Shown here piece by piece: positions 1 through 8,264 of a stretch of 35,664 bases of DNA. Under the pieces are notes generated by a model. It worked only from the letters and a program-made list of their open reading frames with translations, did no database searches and was not told where the DNA came from. Source of the DNA: Micavibrio aeruginosavorus (GTDB lineage: Bacteria > Pseudomonadota > Alphaproteobacteria > UBA9219). Position numbers and translations under genes: made by a program. Each line of letters starts with the position of its first letter. Position 1 is the stretch's first letter. Location: the NCBI GenBank assembly GCA_020720905.1, contig DYNT01000001.1, positions 1-35,664 on the forward strand. The letters are read 5' to 3'.

Positions 1-1337
1 GGATCAAAAATCAAGCCGCTGTCCAAGCCGTTATTGATGTTGTGGTGTCCCTTTCTACTTTGTTTAGCTCCCTTTTTGACGAGACGGAGGAGAAGCTGGC
101 CTCTGATACGCGTGCGCTTTTATATGGGCAGATGGTTAACGCTAAGGTTGAAGAAAGCCTGACGCAGGCGCGCATTGATGGGGGGACGCTCAATACTTTT
201 CGTCGTGCCTCGGTTGCTACCACCATGCAGGGAACGACTCCTAAAAACGAATACTTATGCAAAAAGATTGCGGCGCATCAGCTGACGACAACGACGCAGG
301 ACTTTGAAAAAGAAGTGTCGCGTATGGCCGCCGAGGCGATCAGCAATCGCTATCGTTGTCCAACGTGTGATGGTTGGGGGCCTGATTATGTTGGCAAAGA
401 ATCGGCGCGGCGGTGCGCGCAAGGGTATGGCAATCCCTCGATTGATGGTGCCAAGGCGAGCTGTGAGAAAAAGCTGAGTGATGGGCGAAGCCTTGCTGAC
501 GCCGATCTTGCGCCGCTTGATGAGGGGCAGAGTTATCAGATGCCCAAAATGATTTCCAAGGCCTATACCGATAGTGTAACGGGAGCCAGTCTGGTTGTCA
601 GCGTCCCTGATCCTCAAAATGATCAACAGCGTTTATGGGGTGCGGCTTGGGATAACATCTTCTTGTTGGCGGGGCCACGCCCTACGCCTCGGCATGGGAA
701 AGGGATGAAGACGCCTGTTGGCAAGGTGGAGCGCACCCTGTTCAATCATTGTTTGTCGAGCCAAAACGCCCTTATCAAACAATGCACGGATTTGTTGGCT
801 TATTACACGCGGCCCAATTGTGAAGAAATGCCAGCCTTGTGCGAGGCGCAACAAGAAAAATGTTTGGCTGCGACGAAGATTATTGATTTAGCTCCCTTCG
901 ATCAATGTGAAAAAGGGCTTAGTGCTTACGAAGAGGAGAAGATAAACCAACTTCTTTGCAACAGTACACAACATTATACGGACATGGTTCATGCGGGTTC
1001 GACTTATGATCTTTTGACGGGGTCTAGTGATCTTTGTGACGCCTCTTGGTCACGATGGCGCACGGTTGTGGACAAAAAACACGCGCATTGCACGGCAGCC
1101 ATCGATGGGCTGCAACGGTTAGCATCCTGTTGGGGAGCCGTTGATTCGCTTGGTCGTGGCTCTGCGGCGCTTGAGGATGGGCTGGCAGGCGATGGTTCTT
1201 CCGTTGTGCGCGCTTCGCAGCCGGCGATGGGTGTGCCCATTTATAAGGCCAAATGGTCAACACAGCCGCGACAAAAGGATGCGCTGTCATTCGATGCGGC
1301 AGAACGCGATCCCTTATTGCAAGCTGTTAGCCCATGA
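1..1337 (+). CDS. Secreted Cys-rich paralog A, unknown family (5' end outside window; reading frame starts at nt 3)
   Basis: The frame is open from nt 3 with no upstream stop. The GTG at 42 in the ORF track is probably not the true start. It aligns along its length with the three downstream paralogs, sharing motifs PKNEYLC, QNxxQRxW...LAGPRPT, C(T/A)DLLAY(Y/H)TRP and GLSAY. It carries a C-terminal tail with VVRASQP. Confidence 0.8.
   Translation, partial: IKNQAAVQAVIDVVVSLSTLFSSLFDETEEKLASDTRALLYGQMVNAKVEESLTQARIDGGTLNTFRRASVATTMQGTTPKNEYLCKKIAAHQLTTTTQDFEKEVSRMAAEAISNRYRCPTCDGWGPDYVGKESARRCAQGYGNPSIDGAKASCEKKLSDGRSLADADLAPLDEGQSYQMPKMISKAYTDSVTGASLVVSVPDPQNDQQRLWGAAWDNIFLLAGPRPTPRHGKGMKTPVGKVERTLFNHCLSSQNALIKQCTDLLAYYTRPNCEEMPALCEAQQEKCLAATKIIDLAPFDQCEKGLSAYEEEKINQLLCNSTQHYTDMVHAGSTYDLLTGSSDLCDASWSRWRTVVDKKHAHCTAAIDGLQRLASCWGAVDSLGRGSAALEDGLAGDGSSVVRASQPAMGVPIYKAKWSTQPRQKDALSFDAAERDPLLQAVSP
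254..874 (+). repeat. Copy 1 of 621-bp near-identical block shared by paralogs A and B
   Basis: Offset by 1558 nt to 1812-2432. I found one mismatch (C271 vs T1829). The forward protein and both antisense ORF translations in the track are identical apart from that site. Flanking sequence diverges abruptly. Confidence 0.9.
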
Positions 1338-1356
1338 GGCGGTTGGTGGAAAAAAG

Positions 1357-2736
1357 ATGAAAACACTATCAACTCTTTTTTTAAGAGCGATTCTCGTTGT
1401 TATCGTTGCCTTGAGCTCTGGGCTGATGAACCTTGGCATAGATCCTTATGCGGGAGGTCTTGTCCTAACGGGTCCTCGCGCAAGCGCTGCGGAAGTTATT
1501 TTTAATCCCTTTAAATTGGCGGCCAATCTGGTGCAAGCGGCTGCGGAAAAAGCGAAAGAGGTTATAGAAGAAAGCAATCTGGCAAGTATTATTAGTGGCA
1601 TGACAGGGGTTTATGATCTTCTTGTGGATCAATTTCAAGAATTGAATGATGCCATGAAAGAGAGCTCTCAAGCAAAAAATGCGGCTTTACAGGTTGATGC
1701 GGTGATGGAGATAACCTCTATGCAAGCCCAAATAGATGCGGCAACATCCAATACTCTTTTGAAGGCGCAGTTGGACACCTTGTCTCAAGGGGGGGCTCCT
1801 AAAGGTGAGTATTTATGCAAAAAGATTGTGGCGCATCAGCTGACGACAACGACGCAGGACTTTGAAAAAGAAGTGTCGCGTATGGCCGCCGAGGCGATCA
1901 GCAATCGCTATCGTTGTCCAACGTGTGATGGTTGGGGGCCTGATTATGTTGGCAAAGAATCGGCGCGGCGGTGCGCGCAAGGGTATGGCAATCCCTCGAT
2001 TGATGGTGCCAAGGCGAGCTGTGAGAAAAAGCTGAGTGATGGGCGAAGCCTTGCTGACGCCGATCTTGCGCCGCTTGATGAGGGGCAGAGTTATCAGATG
2101 CCCAAAATGATTTCCAAGGCCTATACCGATAGTGTAACGGGAGCCAGTCTGGTTGTCAGCGTCCCTGATCCTCAAAATGATCAACAGCGTTTATGGGGTG
2201 CGGCTTGGGATAACATCTTCTTGTTGGCGGGGCCACGCCCTACGCCTCGGCATGGGAAAGGGATGAAGACGCCTGTTGGCAAGGTGGAGCGCACCCTGTT
2301 CAATCATTGTTTGTCGAGCCAAAACGCCCTTATCAAACAATGCACGGATTTGTTGGCTTATTACACGCGGCCCAATTGTGAAGAAATGCCAGCCTTGTGC
2401 GAGGCGCAACAAGAAAAATGTTTGGCTGCGACAGGATTTTTGGACTTGGCGCCTTACAAAGATTGCGGAAAGAATGGCGCGATCACGGCTTGGCAGGGAT
2501 TAAGCGCCCATGAGACAGAACAAATTAATCAATACTTGTGTAAGAGCGAGCAGAATAACAATAATTTACTGCAGGAGGGGGCTCAGCACAAAGATTTGAT
2601 TTTGGATATGGCTTATCTTTGTTCCTTGTCCGAGCAGGCGTGGAAGGAATCGGTGGCGCTTAAACATGAAAATTATCGCGCAGCAACGCAAGGATTGCAA
2701 AAGCTTTCCACCTGTTGGGCTGCTGTTGGGAAATAA
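1357..2736 (+). CDS. Secreted Cys-rich paralog B, unknown family
   Basis: ATG at 1357 lies 6 nt after GGTGGA and encodes MKTLSTLFLRAILVVIVALSS, a signal-like hydrophobic N-terminus. The longer 1141 start overlaps the tail of paralog A and was rejected. The central 207 aa are identical to paralog A except one residue. There are about 14 Cys. The protein ends right after CWAAVGK. Confidence 0.85.
   Translation: MKTLSTLFLRAILVVIVALSSGLMNLGIDPYAGGLVLTGPRASAAEVIFNPFKLAANLVQAAAEKAKEVIEESNLASIISGMTGVYDLLVDQFQELNDAMKESSQAKNAALQVDAVMEITSMQAQIDAATSNTLLKAQLDTLSQGGAPKGEYLCKKIVAHQLTTTTQDFEKEVSRMAAEAISNRYRCPTCDGWGPDYVGKESARRCAQGYGNPSIDGAKASCEKKLSDGRSLADADLAPLDEGQSYQMPKMISKAYTDSVTGASLVVSVPDPQNDQQRLWGAAWDNIFLLAGPRPTPRHGKGMKTPVGKVERTLFNHCLSSQNALIKQCTDLLAYYTRPNCEEMPALCEAQQEKCLAATGFLDLAPYKDCGKNGAITAWQGLSAHETEQINQYLCKSEQNNNNLLQEGAQHKDLILDMAYLCSLSEQAWKESVALKHENYRAATQGLQKLSTCWAAVGK
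1812..2432 (+). repeat. Copy 2 of 621-bp near-identical block shared by paralogs A and B
   Basis: See copy 1. Confidence 0.9.
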
Positions 2737-2804
2737 GCCGGTTTGGTGGTTGTCAGGGCGCTATGTTGTAGATGGGCTCTCTATGAGATAAAGGGGTAGG
2801 AGGA

Positions 2805-4352
2805 ATGATAATGCGAGCTATCAAAAAGACGATGTTGGTTCTTTCTCTGATCCTTTGTTTTTTAATGGGGGGAAGTTTTCTGAATCCAACGCCTGCTTAC
2901 GCCGGAAGCCCTGTCGTTACGGATCCTGCTAATTTTGCTGCGACCATGATGGAGTGGGGCGAGCGCTTGGCGGCGATGGCGAAAAAGAGCGCTCTTCTTG
3001 GACAGATTATTTCTTTGATCACATCCGTTCATAACATTATCAATAGCGGCTTTTCTGCCATGACGGATTCAACAAAACAGGATACAAAGCTTAATATCGC
3101 AGGACAACAGGGGCTTGCGCTTATCAAACAGGAAGGCGCGCAGGCTTGGATTGATAGCGATACGTCGGATGCTCTTCTTGCGGCGCAACTTAAGCTTGTG
3201 GCCGATCACGTTGCGCCTAAAAATGAGTATTTATGCAAGGCGACGTTGTTGAATCAATTAACGGGAACAACGGAAGATTTTGAGCGTGGCGTTGCCAGAT
3301 TGGTGCTTAAGGCTATTGAAAGTACAGGCCGTGGCCCAATGGATGATTATGATGGCCCCCAATATGCTTTCGATGAAGAAACCTTGCGCGGCGCAGCAGG
3401 CTTTGGCAATAGTGTTGTGGATGGTTATGATGCGGCTTATAGCGATACCAGCACGACTGTTGGGCCGACCAAGCGGCTTTTTATTGATGCCGATTTGATG
3501 CCTTTTTCGATGGATGGCGCTGTGCCGCTTGAATTGCCACAGTTTACAGCCAAGGCGGTTAATCTTCCCAGCGGAACAATCGTCTCGGCAAGCGTTCCTA
3601 CGCCCCAAAATGAAAATCAAAGAATGTGGCTTGCGGGACTCTACTATTGTTTTCAGCTTGCAGGGCCTCGCCCAACGGCCTCTTGGGGGGACAAAATGAC
3701 GACTCCCCAAGGTCTTGTCGAAAGGGCTCGTTTTGATCATGCCTTAGCCATGCAGAGCGCGATGATTAAGCCTTGTGCGGATTTGTTAGCTTATCATACG
3801 CGTCCGGATTCAAAGGATCTTGCTTCAGCGCCCCTTATCAAGGCGCAACATGAAAGTTGTGCTGCGGCGAAGGGGTATATAAGCGACGAGGATATGAAGG
3901 AAAAATTCAGCAATTGTTTGTCCGATGATTTTAAGGGAATGAGCGCTTATCAGGCAGAGCTTTTAAGCCATTCGATTTGTAAAAGTGAACACCACGCTAT
4001 CTCTTTAAGGCAAGCAGGTGCTACGCCGCCTGAATTGATTAATGACACGATCAAATGTTCTGCGGCGTGGAATACATGGCAGGCTAAGGTTTCTGCTAAA
4101 CAAGGATCTTTGGTTGATGTCGTCGCAGGGATTCAAGAAACCAAAGGCAATTGGGGGGGGATAGGCAATAACATTGCGGGATTGGCGGAACAGGAGAAGG
4201 ACAAGGCTCATCGTGTTGTTAGGGCTTCAAAGCCCAGTCATCAGCCTCCCGTGGCGCAAGACATTAAAGCGCAGAAAATCCCGTTGCTTCCTCGGCATGG
4301 AATTCCCTTTGCGGCGGATGAAGTGACATGGCCTATGGCCGTGTCGCAATAA
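2805..4352 (+). CDS. Secreted Cys-rich paralog C, unknown family
   Basis: A strong RBS (AGGAGGA) precedes the ATG at 2805 (or 2811). The signal peptide ends AYA|GSP. It shares motifs with A, B and D: PKNEYLC, PQNENQRMW..QLAGPRPT, CADLLAYHTRPD, GMSAYQAE. The C-terminal tail carries VVRASKP. Confidence 0.85.
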   Translation: MIMRAIKKTMLVLSLILCFLMGGSFLNPTPAYAGSPVVTDPANFAATMMEWGERLAAMAKKSALLGQIISLITSVHNIINSGFSAMTDSTKQDTKLNIAGQQGLALIKQEGAQAWIDSDTSDALLAAQLKLVADHVAPKNEYLCKATLLNQLTGTTEDFERGVARLVLKAIESTGRGPMDDYDGPQYAFDEETLRGAAGFGNSVVDGYDAAYSDTSTTVGPTKRLFIDADLMPFSMDGAVPLELPQFTAKAVNLPSGTIVSASVPTPQNENQRMWLAGLYYCFQLAGPRPTASWGDKMTTPQGLVERARFDHALAMQSAMIKPCADLLAYHTRPDSKDLASAPLIKAQHESCAAAKGYISDEDMKEKFSNCLSDDFKGMSAYQAELLSHSICKSEHHAISLRQAGATPPELINDTIKCSAAWNTWQAKVSAKQGSLVDVVAGIQETKGNWGGIGNNIAGLAEQEKDKAHRVVRASKPSHQPPVAQDIKAQKIPLLPRHGIPFAADEVTWPMAVSQ

Positions 4353-4370
4353 AGGCAAAGGAACACAAAG

Positions 4371-5783
4371 ATGAGCGTTTGGCCTGCAATAAAAAAGTCC
4401 TTGCAAAGAGAGGATAGAAAAAGAAAGAAGCCGCGTAAGAGGCTGTCTTTCTTTTTTGTGCTAACGGTCATTTTTTTTGTTTTTAGCATAATGTGGCCGC
4501 TGCAGAGCTATGCCATTAAGAATGGGGATACGCCCGTTAGTGCCCAAGAAAATGCTTATACAACCGCAAGTGTTTTACAGGAATTTGCCGATTTTTCGAC
4601 GGAAAATGGATCGTGGGCGTCAATTAAGGCGGGATTCACAACGGTCATGACCACCTTTCAGACTCTTATGAAAAAGTTCTGGGACTTTCATGGCCAATCG
4701 ACTGTTGGGAAATTAACGGCACAAAGGCTTCAGGCGACCATAACGACAGAAGCGTGGCAAGCTGCGTTGGATGCCAGTACCGAGAACGCCGTTCTTGAAG
4801 AAAAAATGAAACATTTAGCGGATCATATCATGCCACCTGCTTCAGAACAGTTTCTGTGCAATCTTATTCTTGCGCGGCAAGGCGTGCCCGTTATGACCGA
4901 GTTTGCGCGTATTATTTCCAAGGTTGTGGCCAAGGGTATTGATGCCCGTTCCCGTAGCAGGGGGAGCGATGGCAATGGTCCGCAATATGCCATGGATGCG
5001 TGGAACATCAAGTGCGGCAAGTATGGCGCTGACAGACCTAAAACAGGGAATGCTATTGATGGTGTGCCAAAGGCATGCCGTGCAGAAGAAACGGCACCTG
5101 CCATTGGCTATGCTGGTGGCGATGTGAGCATGGACACGTTAAGCCGAGAAAAGGTTTATACTGTGCCGCCTGTTAAAGAAGAGACCATGATGATTAATGG
5201 AAAGATGGAAACGGTTGCAGACTTTTTTCCTGATAAAAACAGTAAAGACTATGAAGCGCATCGGCAATGGCTTATGGCGCGGCAATATTGTTATAATCTT
5301 GCTGGCCCGCGCCTTACCCCTCCGCGTGACGAAGATCTGGATACGCCCGCAGGAAAGGCCAATTTCACCTTGTTTACAAGCTGCCTATCACGGCAAAGCG
5401 CTTTTGTTAAAGCTTGCACGGATCGTTTGGGCAAGTTAACGCGACCCGATTGTTCCACTGATGACTTTAAGGAGTTTTGTGACGCCTCTATTCAAGCGTG
5501 CGATGCAGCGCGTGAGTCTCAAATTGTGCTGCCTCCTGAATTTAATAACTGTCAAAGTGGGCTAAGTTTGTATCAGGCGGAATATCTTTCAAACGCTCTT
5601 TGTGGCTCAACGCGTCGCCTTCAAGCTGATACACATGGTGGGGAGCAGGATCATAAAAAGGTCAGTACGCTGTTAATGTGCCAAATCATGAGGGAAGTGT
5701 CAGAGAAACGACAGCAGGAAGAAGATAAGGCGTTTGTAAGAGCCGTGCAGGGGATGCAGAATATGAAGGGGTGCTGGGACTAG
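4371..5783 (+). CDS. Secreted Cys-rich paralog D (most divergent), unknown family
   Basis: The N-terminus is basic, followed by a hydrophobic stretch ending QSYA|I, which looks like a signal peptide. It retains EQFLC, NLAGPRLT, CTDRLGKLTRPDC, GLSLYQAEYL and a terminal GCWD. There are about 13 Cys. Confidence 0.8.
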   Translation: MSVWPAIKKSLQREDRKRKKPRKRLSFFFVLTVIFFVFSIMWPLQSYAIKNGDTPVSAQENAYTTASVLQEFADFSTENGSWASIKAGFTTVMTTFQTLMKKFWDFHGQSTVGKLTAQRLQATITTEAWQAALDASTENAVLEEKMKHLADHIMPPASEQFLCNLILARQGVPVMTEFARIISKVVAKGIDARSRSRGSDGNGPQYAMDAWNIKCGKYGADRPKTGNAIDGVPKACRAEETAPAIGYAGGDVSMDTLSREKVYTVPPVKEETMMINGKMETVADFFPDKNSKDYEAHRQWLMARQYCYNLAGPRLTPPRDEDLDTPAGKANFTLFTSCLSRQSAFVKACTDRLGKLTRPDCSTDDFKEFCDASIQACDAARESQIVLPPEFNNCQSGLSLYQAEYLSNALCGSTRRLQADTHGGEQDHKKVSTLLMCQIMREVSEKRQQEEDKAFVRAVQGMQNMKGCWD

Positions 5784-5904
5784 GGAGCCTTTTGCACGCT
5801 TCGTTAACCAAATAAACGCTATGCTCATGCCCTAAGTGGACAGAGGCGGCTTCGGCATGGCAGACTATGGTTCACTATAGAGAACATTTTTAAATGGATG
5901 CGCC

Positions 5905-6747
5905 ATGGTTACGATAACATCAAATGAATCGGAAAAAGACGTAAGTGCCCATCTTCAAACGATGGTGGCTTCTTTTCGTCAAGTCGGTCTGCCTCTTTTG
6001 CAGGCGATGGTTGACGTTTCTGGAAGCGGCGCGGCTGAGGCAGAAAGTGTCCAAGAGCAGCGCATGGGGGATTTAATTGAGTGTGCCGTTCTTTTGAGCC
6101 GTGAACTGGCCAAAGAAATGGGCGCTGATGAGGGGGCTCTTGCCCCATCCGTGCGGTGGAATTTGGCCGGATCGGCAAGTCAGATCGTAGCGGCCAACTA
6201 TCAAGCGACGGGACAGGTTCTATCGGCCGAGGCTATAGCGCGGCTTGTTCATATTGCTACGACACTTCAGGAAAAATTTAAAAGTCAGATCCCTGTTGGC
6301 GGAGAAACACTTCCCAATACCGTTGCGACGTTTCGCGCTAAGATGATGGAGGGGTTTGTTCCTGTCATTGGCGCTGTTGCCCAATATGCTTTTGGTCGCG
6401 CCGAACATGACTTATTGGCCGAAATTTCAGAAAGGCTTGTCAAGACAGCCGAGCAAGTGACGCGAACGCTTGCCGCACCTGGTTCGTCTCCTGAACAGTG
6501 GCGTCTTTTGTGTTGGACCATTCTGCGGGCGGCGGGACAGATTTATACGGAAAGTCATTATGCTGAGGCGGATCGTTTGAACGCCATGGCTCCCGATGAT
6601 CAAGCGGACTACTTTGCGCAGCATAGCTCAGCTGTTCCTATGACACAGGTTTGGCAAGCTTTTAATCAGCGCATGGCGATGCTTGCGACGTTGTCCTCTT
6701 ATTTAGAGGTTCCCCCTTCTGCTCATTTAGAAGATCAAGGGTGGTGA
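5905..6747 (+). CDS. Hypothetical cytoplasmic protein (no signal peptide, acidic, Ala/Leu-rich)
   Basis: A 280-aa ORF fills the gap between paralog D and the transglycosylase gene. It is co-directional and ends 4 nt before the next start. I recognise no motif. The RBS is weak. Confidence 0.55.
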   Translation: MVTITSNESEKDVSAHLQTMVASFRQVGLPLLQAMVDVSGSGAAEAESVQEQRMGDLIECAVLLSRELAKEMGADEGALAPSVRWNLAGSASQIVAANYQATGQVLSAEAIARLVHIATTLQEKFKSQIPVGGETLPNTVATFRAKMMEGFVPVIGAVAQYAFGRAEHDLLAEISERLVKTAEQVTRTLAAPGSSPEQWRLLCWTILRAAGQIYTESHYAEADRLNAMAPDDQADYFAQHSSAVPMTQVWQAFNQRMAMLATLSSYLEVPPSAHLEDQGW

Positions 6748-6751
6748 TCTT

Positions 6752-7207
6752 ATGCTAACCGCTCAAGCCCTTGCCGCTTGTATGATGCTTGCTTCGCAAA
6801 CGTATCATGTTCCGCCAGCTGTGATGGTGGGCATTATGCACGTTGAGGGGGGGCGCGTTGGGCAACAGGTTGGTCCCAACAGCAACGGAACGTATGATCT
6901 GGGCCCCATGCAGGTTAATACACGGTGGATCCCTCAATTGGCTCACGCTTGGGGCGTTGATAAAAAAGTTGCGCATCGGCTTCTTCGTGACGATGGCTGC
7001 GTCAATGTTCGTGTTGCCGCTTGGATCCTTGGCCAAAAAATAAAAGAAGCAGGGTCTCTTTATGGGGGCATTGCTTACTATCATTCGGCAACGCCTGGCA
7101 TTGGACCTCGTTATGCTGCCAAGGTTATTGCCGTGATGGAGCTCAAGGGGCTTATCAAACGGGGCTATGCAAAAACGAAGAATCAGGCTTACTATGCACA
7201 GCGTTGA
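6752..7207 (+). CDS. Lytic transglycosylase, SLT domain (VirB1 / TrbN / R64 PilT-like specialised peptidoglycan hydrolase)
   Basis: Motifs IMHVEGGR (candidate catalytic Glu), NSNGTYDLGPMQVN and AYYHS match the pattern of secretion- and pilus-associated SLT enzymes. The size is 151 aa. Confidence 0.85.
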   Translation: MLTAQALAACMMLASQTYHVPPAVMVGIMHVEGGRVGQQVGPNSNGTYDLGPMQVNTRWIPQLAHAWGVDKKVAHRLLRDDGCVNVRVAAWILGQKIKEAGSLYGGIAYYHSATPGIGPRYAAKVIAVMELKGLIKRGYAKTKNQAYYAQR

Positions 7208-7262
7208 TTCTTTTTTGATTCCCTAACACGCTTTTCCCCTATGCAAGAGGAGATTTAAGACG

Positions 7263-8252
7263 ATGAGAATAACCCGTTTTTTAAGAATGATGGTTGGCAG
7301 TGTTGCCCTGTTGGTGAGCGGGGCTTCTTTTGGTTTTGCGCAAGCGCCTTCTGATATAAGCGGGCCTTCTTCCCTTTTTAACATCAATGTGCGTCCCCCT
7401 GATATTAACGCGATACCTGTTTTAATGAATCTTGTGAAAAGTGGTGGGAAATTATATTTTCTTGGTGAACGCTCTGGCATGCTTGGTTGGTTTATCATTA
7501 AGGATGGGCAGGTTCAGATCATCTATTTGTCTCCAGATAAGCAAACGGCGTTGATCGGTGGCATGTTTTCGGCGCAGGGAGAGAATGTGACTTCGCCTCA
7601 AATTAGTGCCTTGGTTGAAAAAAACACCGAAGTCAAGGCTTTGTTGTCGGGAACAGCGCAACAACAACGTGAAGTTTATAATGCGGGTGCGCCAGATGGC
7701 GCTGGCTCTGTTCCAGCTGGAGAACACAAGGCTGAGGCCGCCTCTCAGGGAGGGGCGAGCTTAGGGGGATTGCCGTCAGCGGCTTTGTCTCCTGGGGAAC
7801 GCCTTATGCAGGATCTTAAGGCTGCGGCTGGTGTGACGATGGGGCAGAATGAATCGGCTGAATTGATCATGGTTGCGGCTCCTGACTGCCCTAATTGTAA
7901 GAAAACATGGATGGAATTGCGAGATTCTGTTCGGAATAACAAGATTCAGGTGCGTGTTGTTCCCGTTTATAACAGTACGGGGGAGGGCGAGATTCGCGTT
8001 GCTGCGCAGCTGCTTAAAACGGCCAATCCTCTTGAGGCATGGGATCGTTATGTTGAGGGCGATGCTGCGGCTTTAGCTGGAGAGCCTGACGACATGGCGC
8101 GCCGCGCTGTTATAGGCAACCTTAATCTTGTCGCAAAGTGGAACATTCAAGGGTATCCCTATATGGTTTATCGGGGGAAGGATGGCCGAATCAAGATTGT
8201 GCAAGGGAAGCCAGAGCGCATGGCGGCTGTGTTGACGGACTTAAGTCGTTAA
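7263..8252 (+). CDS. Periplasmic DsbC/DsbG-like thiol:disulfide isomerase (TrbB-like)
   Basis: It has a signal peptide (ASFGFAQA). A DsbC-type N-terminal dimerisation region is followed by a thioredoxin fold with a CPNC active site (APDCPNCKK). The downstream GYPYMVY is a candidate cis-Pro loop. Confidence 0.8.
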   Translation: MRITRFLRMMVGSVALLVSGASFGFAQAPSDISGPSSLFNINVRPPDINAIPVLMNLVKSGGKLYFLGERSGMLGWFIIKDGQVQIIYLSPDKQTALIGGMFSAQGENVTSPQISALVEKNTEVKALLSGTAQQQREVYNAGAPDGAGSVPAGEHKAEAASQGGASLGGLPSAALSPGERLMQDLKAAAGVTMGQNESAELIMVAAPDCPNCKKTWMELRDSVRNNKIQVRVVPVYNSTGEGEIRVAAQLLKTANPLEAWDRYVEGDAAALAGEPDDMARRAVIGNLNLVAKWNIQGYPYMVYRGKDGRIKIVQGKPERMAAVLTDLSR

Positions 8253-8264
8253 CAGGGGGAGGAT

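Noticed and set aside
1141-1356. Long 531-aa version of paralog B starting at 1141 and overlapping the 3' end of paralog A
   Set aside because: The upstream 72 codons are Arg-rich and not protein-like, and they overlap the conserved tail of paralog A. ATG 1357 has an RBS and yields a proper signal peptide, in line with paralogs C and D.
255-2412. Duplicate antisense ORFs (255-626/633-854 and 1813-2184/2191-2412, minus strand) that look like a repeated two-gene element
   Set aside because: They are shadow ORFs on the opposite strand of the near-identical block shared by paralogs A and B. The plus-strand frames have signal peptides, a conserved paralog family and operon context. There are no IS-like ends and no transposase motifs.
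3258-3740. Minus-strand 160-aa ORF and other internal ORFs within paralogs C and D, and within pilN/pilO/pilQ (13349-14345, 14762-15226, 17089-17655, 18304-18749)
   Set aside because: They are opposite-strand or out-of-frame overlaps with genes supported by homology and operon structure. There are no independent signals.
1-5783. Calling the four paralogs IcmX/TraW homologues (similar size, periplasmic, T4BSS context)
   Set aside because: Only size and a signal peptide agree. My recollection of IcmX is Asn/Gln/Ser-rich with few Cys, which shows no motif overlap with LAGPRPT/EYLC/TRPxC. The assignment cannot be supported without a profile search.
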